From NCBI GenBank assembly GCA_964016885.1, contig OZ024742.1, positions 338,520,001 to 338,584,000 of the forward strand: a DNA stretch of 64,000 nucleotides, given 5' to 3'. Position numbers and translations under genes: made by a program. This document shows positions 1 to 13,339 of this stretch, in pieces. Position 1 is the first letter of the stretch; the number at the start of each line of letters is the position of its first letter. The notes below the pieces were generated by a model. That model was not told the origin of the DNA, did no database searches, and saw only the letters and a list, made by a program, of their open reading frames with translations. Origin of the DNA: Eledone cirrhosa. Lineage: Eukaryota.

Positions 1-706
1 CTTTTTGTTGTGATACCAACATGACCACTTTACAATGTGGGCTGGGCACTTTTCGTTGTACGAAAATAACCTCTTTACAGTTAGGAGAGATGGGAATGTA
101 AAGGTGTGGGAGAAGGGTGGAGTGTTAGGGTATGTGAGGGGGAAGGAAGATAGGGGTTAAGTGGTGCATACTGGATGTATGCTTCAACCCATATGCATAG
201 GAAGGGTCTTCTGTAATGTAATGATCGACAAGATTTGTGTGTTATAGATATATAGTTATAAGTTGAAATAAGCAAAGTCAGTGTGGAGATGGGAAATATT
301 TTGGACAGAATAAAGTGTATTTTTATTTTAGTTCTCATTGAAAATCTTTATGTAATCAATGTAAAGTACATATTGAGCAGTATCTATGAAAAAAAAGGAC
401 AGTTACTACATACCAGACAGTGGTGCTTGCTACAGCAGCGCACTGTGGACAAAATGCGGAAATTGTTATTGCGGAGAATGGCCAGAATCACCTGCTGCAA
501 CAGCCACTTTACCTTATAAGGCTCTTTCCTGAAGAAGGCTGCCATCTTTCCGACATTATGGAGTAAATCAGCAGCATGGTGACCAAGGACGCCAGAGGTT
601 TTTGAACACTGGTGCAATGAGGAAGTGGTTGGTCAGGCCCTGGTAACTTCTCCACATTGAAGTGACAATGTTGGAGGCAGAGAATCAGTTGCTCTGTGTT
701 GTGTCC

Positions 707-1030
707 TTAATTAGGGACCCCTTCCTTGAAAGAGATGACGGTTAATACGTCGAAGTTTTTACCATCACTATGGTTGTGGCCAGCTGGTTCCAATTGTAAT
801 GGGAAACTAGCTGTGTTGAGGCTCTTTGTCATGATCTTGTTCATAGTATAGTGGGGGAGCTGCATGAAGGCAGCAAGATAACGAGTCCACACCAAACTCG
901 TCAACCACTGCTACACAATGGCATCTGTGTGGCTCACATGCGGATTCCAAACTGCTGTTTCACTCCAATGAGGGTACACTGAGAGTTACCAGTTGATGAG
1001 GAAGACACCGAATGGAGTCAAGTACCACTG
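707..1030 (-). mobile_element. Degenerate CRE-like (RLE endonuclease) non-LTR retrotransposon fragment
   Basis: Minus-strand ORF 707-904 reads 'HYTMNKIMTKSL...FPLQLEPAGHNHSDGK', homologous to the H..LN...LEP.GL.R.DGKRPDG RLE motif seen at 8786-9070 and 52860-53333. Confidence 0.6.
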
Positions 1031-1495
1031 TTTAGTTGCGAGGCAGAACGTAGGCAGTTGAGACAGTGATGTGTATGAAGAAGCTTGTAAATAGGAAAGA
1101 CATAGAAACAGGCTAAGAAATGTGAGAAAGTAAGAGAATAAGCCATGAAAGCTTATGTGTTTCTGACCAAGAATGACCAACAAAAGCTAGCAGTAATTTA
1201 GGTGAGTGTTCTTGTACAGGGACTTGAAATACAAGATAGGCAGGTTGAATATATGAATGTAGATGTGTGATAGAGTAAAATGTATTGCCAATACAGAGAG
1301 ATATAGCTGGCAATACCGTCATTTATATTAGCTTGTATCAGGACACTTGCCAGAAATGAGTATTAACACAACAAATGAATATATAAAAATAGCACAATGT
1401 CTGTACAGAGGAAATATAGAATATAAATCACTGAGTTGACATACCTGTGGAAAATATAGGTTAAAATATTGTCACACATACACACAAATATATGA

Positions 1496-1677
1496 TTTCT
1501 ACTCTTTGCACAAGGCCAGTAATTTGGGGGGATGGGAAAGTCGATTAAATTTACCCCAGTACGTTACTGGTGCTTTATTTTATCGACCCCGTAAGGATGA
1601 AAGGCAAAGCTAACCTCGGTAGGATTTGGACTCGGACAGAAACTCTACAGTCTGAGTTCAAATCCCACCGAGGTTAA
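1496..1677 (-). mobile_element. tRNA-derived SINE, 5'-truncated, ending in a short inverted piece
   Basis: Reverse complement of the SINE body at 36343-36535 (cacaaggccag...ttttatcgaccccgtaaggatgaaaggcaaag). About 1645-1677 is a plus-orientation B-box segment (tctgagttcaaatcccaccgaggttaac). Confidence 0.8.
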
Positions 1678-2029
1678 CACAAATATATTATCGCTGCCAC
1701 ATGGACTCATTTAAATTCAATATCTCTTATCTCCATACTTATGTCATTGAATTTCTAGGGATTAGTGTCCGTATTGTGATTAATAAAATATATCTATGGA
1801 GTGCTAATGTAATATTTGTAAGAAACCCTAGGCGTGAATGGGATTATAATGGTTTGCAATTTAGACAAGATCAACAATTTTTAGAAGGAAGGGAAGTTGC
1901 TTACATTCACCTGGGAAGGATGAATTGTACTTCTTCGTCACATAATAGAGTTATATTTTATTCACAGTTGTATAAATAACATTACAAATAAAAAAGGAAA
2001 AGAACAATAAAAAAAAAGAATCAACGCAG

Positions 2030-2831
2030 TCTACTTAACCAACAACGTAGGTGACTGGTTAAGAACCACAGTTGGAGCAAGACAAGGCTGTTTGCTCTCT
2101 CCAACTCTCTTCAATATCTTTTTAGATAGAATTATGATAGACGCACTGGAAGACTATGAAATGACAATCAGCATTGGCGGCAGGATTGTTATGAACTTAT
2201 GTTTTGCCGACGACATAGATCGTCTAGCAGGGAAGGAAGAGGAGCTAGCCAACCTAGTGGAATGTCTTGACAAGACTCCTACCACATATGGCATGCAAAC
2301 CACTGCAGAAAATACAAATGGCATCAGCACTGACATCAGAGTCTGCCGAGAAACTAGAATGCGTCAAGTTTCAAATACTAGGGGGAAATAATTTCAGATG
2401 AAGTATATAAACCTGAAGTACTTGTCAGGTCTGCTCTGACCACAGCAGCACTTACAAAACTTAAAACCATCTGTAATGACAAGAACATAACTCTCAGCTC
2501 AGATCAGACTGATGTGCTATTGGTCATGTCCATATTCTTGTATGCCTGTAAGTCTTGGACAATAACAGCAGATCTGGAGAGAAGGATACAGGCTATGGAG
2601 ATAAAATATTTCAGAAAGCTCCTTGGCATCAACTACAGAGACTGCATCTCCAATGAGGAGGTGCAAAACAGGCACTATGAAGACCTGTTGACCATTGTAA
2701 AAACTCGCAAATTGAGATGGTACGGGCACATGACAAGATCCTCAGGGCTTGCCAAGACTCCTGCAGAGGAAGGAAGAGAAGCAGACAGAGAAAAAGATGG
2801 GAGGACAAGATCCCGGAGTGGAAAGGCATGA
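2030..2831 (+). mobile_element. RTE-clade LINE fragment (RT C-terminal half, no PHD insert), pseudogenised
   Basis: Frames read 'GARQGCLLSPTLFNIFL', 'NLCFADDID', 'SIFLYACKSWT' and 'KLRWYGHMTR', with frameshifts. Confidence 0.85.
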
Positions 2832-5059
2832 GATGATAGCATATACATTTATATATAAAAGTAAAAGTATATAATAACATTTTATTCACAATTGTATAAA
2901 TATTATCACAAATAAATAAAGGAAAGGAAAAAAATCACCAGCAGGTAATACACACATCTTCGACCACATACACCAAAAGGCAAGCGAAAATTGTGGACAA
3001 ACGAACTGCTGCCAGAACAAAAGATAAGGATATCGCGAGGAGTACTAGAATCAGTCTAATTTAGAAAGAAGGCTAGCAATGGAAAATCGATTATATCGAT
3101 ACCAAGGCTTGATTGGTACTTTATTTTATTGACCTTGATGGGATTTGAACTCCTCGTCACTGATCACCTTACACTAACCAGTCGTCCAATTACCTTTTTC
3201 TCCCTCATGTCCCAATATAAATGTCTCATTTACTTCCGCTCTGCATCACGTTTGGGAGTCAAAATATTTTGCTCTGAATTTTTACATCTTTTCACTTCTC
3301 ACCTTTCTGATATAAAGTATCTTTATCTGAAATATATTATCTGTCCCACTCGGAACATATGAGATTAACAATAGAGAAATATTTGAATTGAAAAACTACC
3401 GGAGGAACATACGAAGAAGAGGTAAGTAATTTTGAAAGAAGTTATTTGTGAAATTTATTAATAAACGTGAATTCATCATCATCATCGTTTAACGTCCATA
3501 TTCCACGCTTGCATGGGTTTGGTTGGTGATATTCTGTGTAACTTATAACATAAATATATATGAATAAATAATCTACAAAGGATCAACGTGATAACATCTG
3601 TTTAATTAACCAAATTACATTTGTTCCACCTCGACTCTATTTTATCAACATTGGCCGCCAATTATGTTATCAAACCAACTCCTTTCTCTTCCCAATTATC
3701 CTATATATAGGATATTATATTCTCTTCCAAATTATCGTAGATGTATGATATATTTAGTATCGTCCTAATTATCTTAGATATACGATATGATATAAATATC
3801 AGACATTTGATGTCAGATAAATTTGTATAAACTACAGGCGAGTCATTTCCTTTGTTCATATGAAATTGATTTAAAGCAGAGAAACACCAACATTTCCTGC
3901 TATACCGTGTAATTGAGTGAAATATCCCCTTAATTCTGGATCCAGTTGGATTGTCCAGGTTTGCTGGGACGTGACCAGATGGTAAGAGGTAGGGATCACA
4001 TTTGGGACGTCACAGCGACTCTTATGCTCCTTCGCATATCCTGGATGTTGCGATAAAGGTTGGGGTCACTGTCTGTAGTCAAGCAATATATGGTATAGAC
4101 TGATTTAAGTGAGTGTAGTGATGGGGGTCACCATTATGTAGTGGATCTATTCTTTGCAGGATGAATGATAACAAGAATGATGCAAGAATTGTGATGTTGA
4201 CAATATTTCATATCAGCAACCACATTACAGTAAATACTGGGTGTGTTTATCATATATCCAGCTGTAGAAAGCTGGCCAAACAAAGGTTTAGGAGGTCCCT
4301 CTTATTGTGTCCAAGACAGGATAACCTCCCTAGTCCTGGAGCCATGATAAAATGTACTTTGGTGAGATGTAGACACCTGGACTGTCTGGGAGCTCAATAG
4401 AAGTACTTCAGTAGTGACTCAGTTTGTGAAAAGCTGTCCAACTCTTGGTAGTAGAGAAATTGATGTTAGATCATTATACTAATAAATAGTTAGGAATTTA
4501 CAGATACAGATCAATCAGGTACTGTTTATTTCTGTCTTATGAATTTCATATCCTAAGTATGGCAATATAGGAATACTGATTATAATAATTCTCTTGATAC
4601 ATTAGGATTTAATAATGAGTAAAATAATTAAAGCAAGACAAAATAAAACGGTTTATGTGGTGGGGTGGAGGCTTATACTAGGCTACTAATAAGGATTGGT
4701 AAAAAGAATCACCTTTTAAGACACTCCCAAAACTAACAAACAAGTTCTGTACAATCAGATCTGATCTTTTTTGATTATATATAGAAGACACTGAAATCCA
4801 GTGGTATATTGTTTTGTGACTGTTGCTTAAGAAATTTGGCTATTTAGATCTACATAAATTCTTATTTCTACCTATATCTTCTTTCCTTTCTTCCATTCCC
4901 ATTCATGTCTACTTATTTCTATCACTAATCTGTTTTCTTTCTTGATAGAAGTGATAGTTCATTATATATTTTTTGTTTGTAATTAAACATGTTACATAAA
5001 AGAACTTTTAGTTAATTTAAAGAAAATGAGAGACCATTTCGTTGGTATCCCCAGGTCAG

Positions 5060-5245
5060 ACTGTGTGTATATGTATTATATATGACATATTCCTATTTCT
5101 GACTTACTATATGTATATATTTCCAGTATCTTACTTACTATATATTTATTGTGTATATATTTCCAATATCAGTCATACTGTATATATATCCTATATCAGT
5201 CATACTGTCATATATATTCCTATATCTGACTTACTATGTATATAT
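5060..5245 (+). repeat. Degenerate minisatellite (ttcctatatcagtcatactgt + (TA)n), same family as 15091-17890
   Basis: About six diverged units such as 'cctatatcagtcatactgt', lying just upstream of the ZNF splice acceptor. Confidence 0.75.
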
Positions 5246-5484
5246 TATCATGACTGTAGTCAAAACACTTTTCTCTAATGACTTATAATGTGTCAACAGT
5301 GAAAATATCCCTAATATTTTATTCTCTCTTTATATATTTCAGATTATCTGAAACTGTTTATTTACAACTGAAACATCTTCAGATTTTCACAAAGATAACA
5401 GTTGAAGAAAATATTTCGTGAAATATTTCTATGTTAAAAATTCAAGAAGAAAAGTAATTTTCTATTTTGTGAAGAATATTTGAA

Positions 5485-6240
5485 ATGATGGAGAAAAAAA
5501 ACCTTATTTTGTTACCTGTGGTCAATCTTTCCATTCTAATTCTTCTTTACGAAACCATAAACATATTCACACTGGTAGAAGAGAATTCCCCTGTGATATC
5601 TGTGGTAAAACATGCTCTGATAATTCAGGTTTAACTATACATAAATGTAGCCACACTGGAGAGAAACTATATCACTGTGATATCTGTGGTAAGTCATTCT
5701 TATGTAGTTCTGCTTTAGCTCAACACAAACGTATTCACACTGGAGTCAAACCATACCCCTGTGATATCTGCAGTAAAAACTATTCTACTAGTAGTATTTT
5801 AATCAGACACAAACATATTCACACAGGAGAGAAGCCATACCATTGTGATATCTGTAGTAAAACATTCACTGATCCGAGTTCTGTTTCATCACAAACATAT
5901 TCATACTGGACATACTGTATGTAATATCTGTGTTAAAACATTCATAGGAAGTCATCATTTATCTGAACACCAAACTATTCACACAGGAGAGAAACCACAC
6001 CAATGTGATATCTGTGGTAAAGCGTTTTCTTATAAAATTAATCTGTTGAGGCATAAACGTTTTCACATTAGAGAGAAACCAATTCATTGTGTCTTCTGTA
6101 GTAAAACCTCTTGTAGTAGTAACTTGTTAGAACACACCCATTCTCACACAGCAGACAAGCTGAGTGTACTGGGGGGGGGGGGGGGTATCATGGCACTAGA
6201 AAAGTTCTCTGTAGCCTATGGGGAGGGTGCAGTAGAATGA
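5485..6240 (+). pseudogene. C2H2 zinc-finger tandem-array gene (~8 fingers), frameshifted
   Basis: Repeated CDICGK..F...L..H..IHTGEKPY units from ~5500 to ~6150. The ATG context 'tgaaatgatggagaa' is shared with the 18377 gene. The frame breaks in the A-run at ~5494-5501 and near 5890; these could be sequencing indels. Confidence 0.85.
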
Positions 6241-6639
6241 GGGAAGGAAAGAAGCATGATTTACAGAATGTTATGAGTCGTACCAACATGTGAGAGGGGA
6301 AGAGAATGATAAGCCTAATGTGATGGTTGAGTGGTGGGGTTGAAGGTGGGTAATATGGGGGAAATGAAGGTCTGAGAAAATATGTCATGGTGGAGTTTGA
6401 CTGGGTGATGATAGGGAGAAGAGGGCTGATCTCAGATAGATTGTTGTGAGTACTGTGATGATAATGCAGGTAAGGAGTTATGACTGGTGTTTTAGGATTT
6501 TAAAGGGGTAGGGAGTTCTTGGATAGAATTTGGGTGGGGCGTACAGAGATTTTGAGTATAGTAACAAAGGTGTGATGGTGACGTTGGGGGAATGAATGGG
6601 TCAGGTTATGCTTTTTATGCTGGTAGGTGAGTCTTTAGG

Positions 6640-7590
6640 ACTACATGTTGCAAATCCTCACAGTCCTTTTGATCTTCAGCTTCCTAAGATCAGTCTTCAC
6701 TAGCTTCTCCTATCTCCTAGGTTTACTTCTATAAACCCCATTCACTGAGATTTTTCTGCATTTCTTTACACAGCTGTCATCTCCCATACACATTACATGT
6801 TCATACCATTGCAGTTTTTCTCTTGTACACTGCATACATTACTTATCCCAGTTTCTGTGGTCTCAGGTGACTGAAAGTACAAGACTTACCGCTAGACGCG
6901 ACACCAGTCCATTGCAGGGTTAAACATCCAGCTATTGCTGGTACTCATTTTCAGCCGACTATATTGGAGCAATGTGAAATAGTGTTTTGTTCAAGAATAG
7001 AACATACAGCCAAGCTCAGCAATCAAAACCATGATCATAAGTCATAACCACTATGTCACGCACCTCCACTTCCAATTATACAGTTTTTCTCTCAGCTTAC
7101 TTATGCTACACCGTTCACGAGCACATCCATTGGAGCATACTTGATTCATTTCTTTTTAGCCTTTGCAGCACTTCTTGCAGTCAAAGCCTGTCTTAGTGCT
7201 ATGTAGCATTGCAGTTCAAATGCATACAGCCTACTTTTTACATTGAGGAAAAGCTCTTTTCCAGCTCATTCTTGCTCTAGCAATCACATTTTTGAAGCTT
7301 CTTCCCCTATTGCTGATTAGATTACCTTGGTTACAAAAACTGTCATCGATTTATAGGGAGTCTCCTGGCAACCGAGGTAATTTATTTCACACATGCTGTT
7401 AGTGTTTACCTCTGTGTATCTGTCTTGGCCAGTGATTCCACTACACCTCTTGCGCATCCATAGATTACACTGTGAGCACCATACAGAATTTCCGCCTACC
7501 TCTTTTCAACATATCAAACAAGGCCACTTCCCTGAGAGTATCAGATTCCTGTACTCTTTCCTACTTATTAAGATTTTAGACATCTCTAAC
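6640..7590 (-). mobile_element. Old RTE LINE fragment of the PHD-containing group
   Basis: Minus strand at ~7430-7540 reads SGKWPCLIC*KEVGGNSVWCSQCNLWMRKRCSGITG, homologous to the younger RTE copies. It is interrupted by a SINE. Confidence 0.7.
6862..7068 (-). mobile_element. tRNA-derived SINE, second family
   Basis: Body 'attgctggtactcattttcag...ggagcaatgtgaaat...tcaagaatagaaca'; a related copy lies at ~49105-49225. Confidence 0.55.
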
Positions 7591-8859
7591 TTTACTTTTA
7601 GGCCAACTCATTGCACCTTTATATATGGTTTGGATGGTCCCATAAGCCATCTAGCTTCCTTAGTGGCTACCAATAATACTGCTGTGTTAGTCATTGGGCA
7701 TGACATCATCCTGAGCTACTTGGGTACTTATGGGTCTAACAAGTCACAGAAACCTGTGAAAATACACAACAATCTCACTGACCAGTTACCGTGAACCAAC
7801 GAAGGCTATAGGTACAGGTACTGCTTTCAGATCAAATTATTACAAAAATAACATTTATCAATACGTGTTCTAATTTGAATTCTTAATTAAATATAGATTG
7901 CTGCGCGTGATAGATTGCCTAAAAAAGTATTCGAGGGAAACTCTAACGCCAGTTGTTGTGGCATGATTCATTTTTTTTATATATACATTTTGTTTATTTG
8001 TACACATTCTATCAATAAAAAAATAAAGATATTTGTAATAATGACGTATAAAAAACGTAGAAAATTTTAAATTTAATATATAAAAGGTTAATTAAATATC
8101 GGATTTAAAAAAAAAAAAAACATCTGACGTTGAAAATGTTAAAATAATTCCCTTTTGTATTTAGAGGCATGTGAAACTTTTAGATATTCCGTACAGAGTT
8201 GTTTCCCTTGGTTGATAATTTTCGATAACTTGGAGGGCTGGTCTATCTATCCATCCATCCATATATACATACCTAAGTCTGTTGCTGCTATCATGAAGGT
8301 GGTGACGTTCATAATTTTCCAACAAAGATCTTGGGGGGGGGGGGGGGTGCAACTGTACTCCAATACAAATACACACACACACATATATATATATATAAAA
8401 CACAGGCCCTTAACTCTGTGCGGAGTCGTAGGGGCGCCGTCGTTACAGACATTTTACACTTGGCGGACTACATCCCTCTCCAGACATTCAACTCGACCTT
8501 CTAATGACTCTTTATTCGCCCACACGTATGCACACACACACATATATATATAAAGAGTTTGTCCAGGTGTTTTATAGTTATAAAGGTTGGTCTGTACGGT
8601 AAGGCCGCACAGCCCCACTTTCCGTCATGGCGATTGAACTGCATGCCCTGCTATCCAGGTTACCCTTCGCCACTGATATATATGTGTGTGTGTGTATTGT
8701 GATATTTGGGGATAGTCATGTTGCCAATAAAAAAGAAAACAACACATGCACTATATAATTTTCACTTTATCATTATTATTAGTTTTTGGTTAGTTCATCA
8801 AAGATCTTTCGTCATACATTATGTGAACTTCTCAATGGCTATTTGTTCTTAGTAACACA

Positions 8860-9160
8860 GCGCCTCAGGCTTCGCGTGTGCGAGCCACAGGGATGCCGTC
8901 GTGCAGCAGTGGGCGGCAAATTCTGTCCGCACGTGTTATCTTGTTGTCGGCTTCCCCGTCACATTGCTATGAACAAAATCATGAGAAGGAGCCTCGACGC
9001 GACCGATTTCCCGTCACAATTGGAGCCAGCTAACCTCGATCGTGGTGATGGCAAGCTTCCCGACAGATAAATTCTTTTCCCTTTCGAGAGGGGCAAATCC
9101 GTAATTTTGGACGCGACGTGCAGCGACTCAATCTCCAAGCTCGTCACTTCCGCCATAAAC
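8860..9160 (+). mobile_element. CRE-like non-LTR retrotransposon RLE-domain fragment
   Basis: Reads 'LRLRVCEP..CRR...HVLSC..PRHIAMNKIMRRSL...QLEPANLDRGDGKLPDR', followed by PFERGKSVILDATCSDS. Confidence 0.7.
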
Positions 9161-9565
9161 CCGAGCTTCCTTCGTTGACCGACTGCCACCTCTTTGCACC
9201 GGACTCCGTCGAGACCTCTGGCAACCTTGGTTCCCTTGGAGTTGCCGATGCCGAGACCGGGGAAACCAGAACTCACGAGAATACTTAATGCACCTCCCCC
9301 TCTCTCTCTCTATATATATACACACACAGAAATTACCGATTTTCCGCCTCTCCTATTATTTGAGACTCGAGAGTATTTGAATGAATATATAATCCCGATT
9401 ATCACCTCGGTGTACTAATCATAATAAAAAGTTCATTTCAGTAAACACACGCACACAGTAGAAGTGGTATTTAATTTGTTGGAAGTCCGACAAACATAAA
9501 TGTGAATTTCCAACCGATAAGGTATGATTTTCATGGGTATGTCTCTATTTATAAAACAAACTTTG

Positions 9566-9630
9566 TATTTTATCTGATGAAAGCGTACCAATGTTGTCTT
9601 GGTTACCCTTGAAATATATATAATAAAATA
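9566..9630 (+). ncRNA. Minimal type I hammerhead ribozyme (family A)
   Basis: Stem I tattttat/ataaaata, core CTGATGA (9574-9580), stem II aagcgtacca/tggttaccctt, GAAA (9611-9614), palindromic TATATA stem III, AUA cleavage triplet. Confidence 0.8.
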
Positions 9631-10191
9631 AATATGGTTTTATAAATATAGTTTCCATTTATTTAATATCATTGTATATATATATATATATAAATGTGTG
9701 TGTCGGGTTCAATCGCGGATAACCACAGTAGGGTACTCAATAAATTAGTAGAGTGTAAACATCGCCATTCGCTGAAAAAAGCATCTTGAGCCTATCTGCA
9801 GATTTCCAAAAATACACCGAAAATAATTTTATTCTATTTTCTTGTAAAATGCATATTTTTATGATTTTTTTTACTAATTTAAATATTGTTAACGTAAATA
9901 CATCAAAATATCAATATAGAATAATAGTGTATGTACTTGTCTTGGTTAAAACTTAACGCTGCGCGACGTAGCGGAGCCAGAACACAAAAGTTCCGTGGTT
10001 AAAAACGTAGCTTGGAGATGGTGAAATACCCGGACGCAATGCTACTTGATATGCTATTGGCTGGAAGTTGGGAGGCAGCAAATGTGAGATGTCGTTTATT
10101 TTCCGTGGCACTGATTGGCTGCTCTTCTATTGTTCGAGTGTTTTACTGCGTATCACCGCGTATTTTTGTGCTCTATCTGTAGCACCCTAAG

Positions 10192-11091
10192 ATGCCGCCC
10201 AAACACCCTGCTCCTTCCAAAGCTTCTGAGAAACAGCCTAAGCGCCAGAAGAAGGTGATGACGCTCCAGGAGAAGGTAAGCCTCCTGGATATGATCAAAG
10301 GAGGTAAAAGTTACGCTGCAGTGTCCCGCCATTATGGCGTGAACGAGAGTACCGTGCGGTACATAAAGAAGAAGGAAGCAGCCATAAGAAACACCGTAGA
10401 AACTAGCTTTTGCTGTAATGCTAAGACGGTTAGGAATGTGCGAGATAAGCACATCGTCAGGATGGAGTCCGCCTTGGCCGTGTGGATTACGGACTGCAGG
10501 AAGAAGAACATCCCCTTAGATGGTAACATAATCCGGGAGAAGGCGAAGAAACTGTACCAGCAGTTCTTTACGGAAGGCGGCGCCATACAAGAAAGCGAAG
10601 GCCTCGATGAACATAACGAAGAGGAAGCAGGACCATCGACACCATCACGTGGAGGTTTTGTAGCAAGCAAAGTGTGGTTCGATCGCTTTCAGAAGCGGTT
10701 CAAACGAAGGAGTGAATCCTTACACAGGGAAGCAGCACCTGCCGTCACGGAAGATGACGTTAGCACGCTCATCGATGACCACACTGACCCACTAAAGTAC
10801 GAGGATTTGGCAGGTACAGACCCTGAGGAGGTGGGCCTGACATTGGAACGCCTGTCCGAACTTCTGAGGATATCGAGGGAACTGAAAGAGAAGGCTGTAG
10901 CATGGGATCCTTATATGGAACGGTCCATAACATTCTGCAATGCCGTCGACACTACCATGGAGACGTATGAAACCCTCTTCGTCACCATGAAGGAGCAGCG
11001 AAAACAGCTGCTTATCACCATGTTCCTCAAGCCCGTCAAGAAAGTCCCGTCAAAATATGCGGCTCCCCATGAAGCGTCTAATTATTGTTGA
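10192..11091 (+). CDS. Tigger/pogo-type transposase derivative: HTH_psq and CENP-B HTH retained, DDE domain deleted
   Basis: 'KKVMTLQEKVSLLD...SYAAVSRHYGVNESTVRYI', 'MESALAVWITDC...IIREKAKKLY' and 'FVASKVWFDRFQKR', then a direct jump to the C-terminal 'KQLLITMF'. A pogo-like terminal 'gagggttgactctg' ends at 11388. Confidence 0.85.
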   Translation: MPPKHPAPSKASEKQPKRQKKVMTLQEKVSLLDMIKGGKSYAAVSRHYGVNESTVRYIKKKEAAIRNTVETSFCCNAKTVRNVRDKHIVRMESALAVWITDCRKKNIPLDGNIIREKAKKLYQQFFTEGGAIQESEGLDEHNEEEAGPSTPSRGGFVASKVWFDRFQKRFKRRSESLHREAAPAVTEDDVSTLIDDHTDPLKYEDLAGTDPEEVGLTLERLSELLRISRELKEKAVAWDPYMERSITFCNAVDTTMETYETLFVTMKEQRKQLLITMFLKPVKKVPSKYAAPHEASNYC

Positions 11092-12419
11092 GTACCCGAA
11101 TGGTTTACAGTACGTAATTTTAAACATCTCATTAATAAAGTCACCCCTTAGTAAGTGCGAAGGTTGTTGGAGTGTATTGTACGTGCTTAATATTAAGTCT
11201 TTTATTTTTAAGGGCAATGTTGTAAGATGAGTTTGAAACGACATTAAAGCGTTTTGTGTATATTTAGGATTTAAACTATTAATACAGGCAATTACTATTA
11301 GGGGCGTCTACTATTCACGAATTTTTTATTTGCTATTCGCGGCTGGTCTTGGGCCCCTAACCAACGCGAATATAGAGGGTTGACTCTGTGTGTGTGTCTG
11401 TATATATATATGAGCGGGAATTGCCCTTATTTTCAAATCGGATAGCAAATAAAAAAACTTACTTAAGGCAACTTGATTATTTACTTCCCTTATTAAGGAA
11501 GTTTTTAATATATATATATCCCACAATTCCATTTCATGCATACAAAAACCCCTTTGCTTCCGCTGTGTTATCTCCCCTTGTCCGTTCCTGGCTTTTACCT
11601 TTATCACTGCTGTGTGACCCGCTTGCTAAGACACTTAAATATCGTCTAGAGAAAGGTATGAACCTTACGTTTCCTTTCTCTCTCTAGAAATATATATATA
11701 TACACGATACTGTAATATTTCTCCTTGCTCGGCCAATCCAGAGAGTCACGGTTTCAGCTTCATGTTTCATTCTGCCTCTCACTACATGTCTGTCTATCTT
11801 TCTTCCAAGCATCAGTTTGTTTATGTCTCTCTCCTTATATTTCCTCTGTCTTTCTCTCCACACATCCGTTTGTCTATCTTGCACTCTCCTGGAGACGGGT
11901 GTTACGAATTCTCGGGTAGGTGAATCACAGTAAACGAGTAATTTATAACCAATCTTATGAACTAACTAACCTTGAAATTTAAAAAGAATTAACATTAACA
12001 CATGTATCCGTGGCTGTTGTAATAAAACTTTACCAACAATTGGTGCAAATTTTGAATAAAAATCCAAAGTACGTTTTAAAACGAAAACATAAAATGTTAA
12101 GGGAATGAATATTTTTTACATTTCCAGATTAGCTAATACTATACAATTAACGCATCATGAGTTGTAAGCTTTAAATTTGCTGGCCGGGACCCAGAGGTGG
12201 AGGGTTAGTTGGAGGTGGAAGAAACTCGTTCGGACGTCACTTTCTGTTTCTTTAAAAATCTCTTCAATAAACCAAATTAATTCTAAAAGCAACAACAAAC
12301 AAAAACCTTATTAACTAAATCGGAGAGGAGTGTAATAACAGTGGGGGTGGGGGGTATAATCTGAAATAGTTTTTCAACCTAATTACCTCCCTTTCTGATT
12401 TAACTAAAGTGTATTCAGT

Positions 12420-12790
12420 TCCATCAGTCGTGATGTCATCCTCAGTTCAATGGTGGAGAGAGCTCCAGAGCCCAACCATTTTACTTGGCAGGTTTACGGG
12501 AGCCATCCTATCCTACTCTGGGATCCAACAAGGCAACCGACTCGGGTCTGTCCTATTTGCACTGGGTATCGATAGTGGTTGACCTGGATTTGAATATCTG
12601 ATACTTGCTGAGGCTTGTTTGGGAGGACCCTTTGATAAAGTCCCTACTACTGCGAAGACAATGATTGAGGAACTCGGGCATAGGGGCCATCATGTCAACA
12701 GTTTCAAATGCGTGCTCTGGATCCTTAACCACAACATCAGCCGACAGGAGACATGTTCACTGAATCCTTCCCCACCATCGTGTGTTCGCT
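12420..12790 (+). mobile_element. CRE-like RT fragment
   Basis: 'tctgggatccaacaaggcaaccgactcgggtctgtcctatttgcactgggtatcgat' translates to SGIQQGNRLGSVLFALGID, an RT motif like GVQQGDPLGPLLF. Confidence 0.55.
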
Positions 12791-12952
12791 TGTTTCAAAA
12801 ATTATTGGAGTTTGTGATGGTGTGTAATTGAGTGTGCGGGTCTTTATGTTTTTGAGTTTTATTCTTCCTGTTTTTTTAATACATAAATTTATTTTTATAA
12901 ATTGTGTTCTTATAGTTAATATAAAGAGGGGTATGCTCACGTGCGAAGATGC

Positions 12953-13057
12953 TATAAAATAGGGTGAAGACCTTTAAAGATGGAAAAAGAAGTTGCCATT
13001 GTAGCGGCCGATGAAAACTTCTCTTTTCATCTTTAAGGGTCTTCACCTTGTTTTATA
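12953..13057. repeat. Imperfect inverted repeat (~42-bp arms)
   Basis: ataaaatagggtgaagacctttaaagatggaaaaagaagtt versus the reverse complement of aacttctcttttcatctttaagggtcttcaccttgttttat. Confidence 0.85.
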
Positions 13058-13339
13058 AGCTGACCAAACCCTTTCTCCATCTTCTTGTACACAACACATT
13101 TGCTGTAGCATCTCCATAGACTCACTGGACCTATCTCATTATGTTGGCATTTATTGTAGCAATAGCAATTTTGAGTTTGATAGAAAGCGGACTTCATGGG
13201 TGTCTTTATCTCCTAGTCATGAAAAGAAGAGGTGGATATGTGTTATTGTCCACACTCATATTAGATATTTTCATGTAATGCAATGTATGATCACTTAGAT
13301 ACTTTGTTTTCATTGCCAACAGCAGTATTTGCTGAAAGC

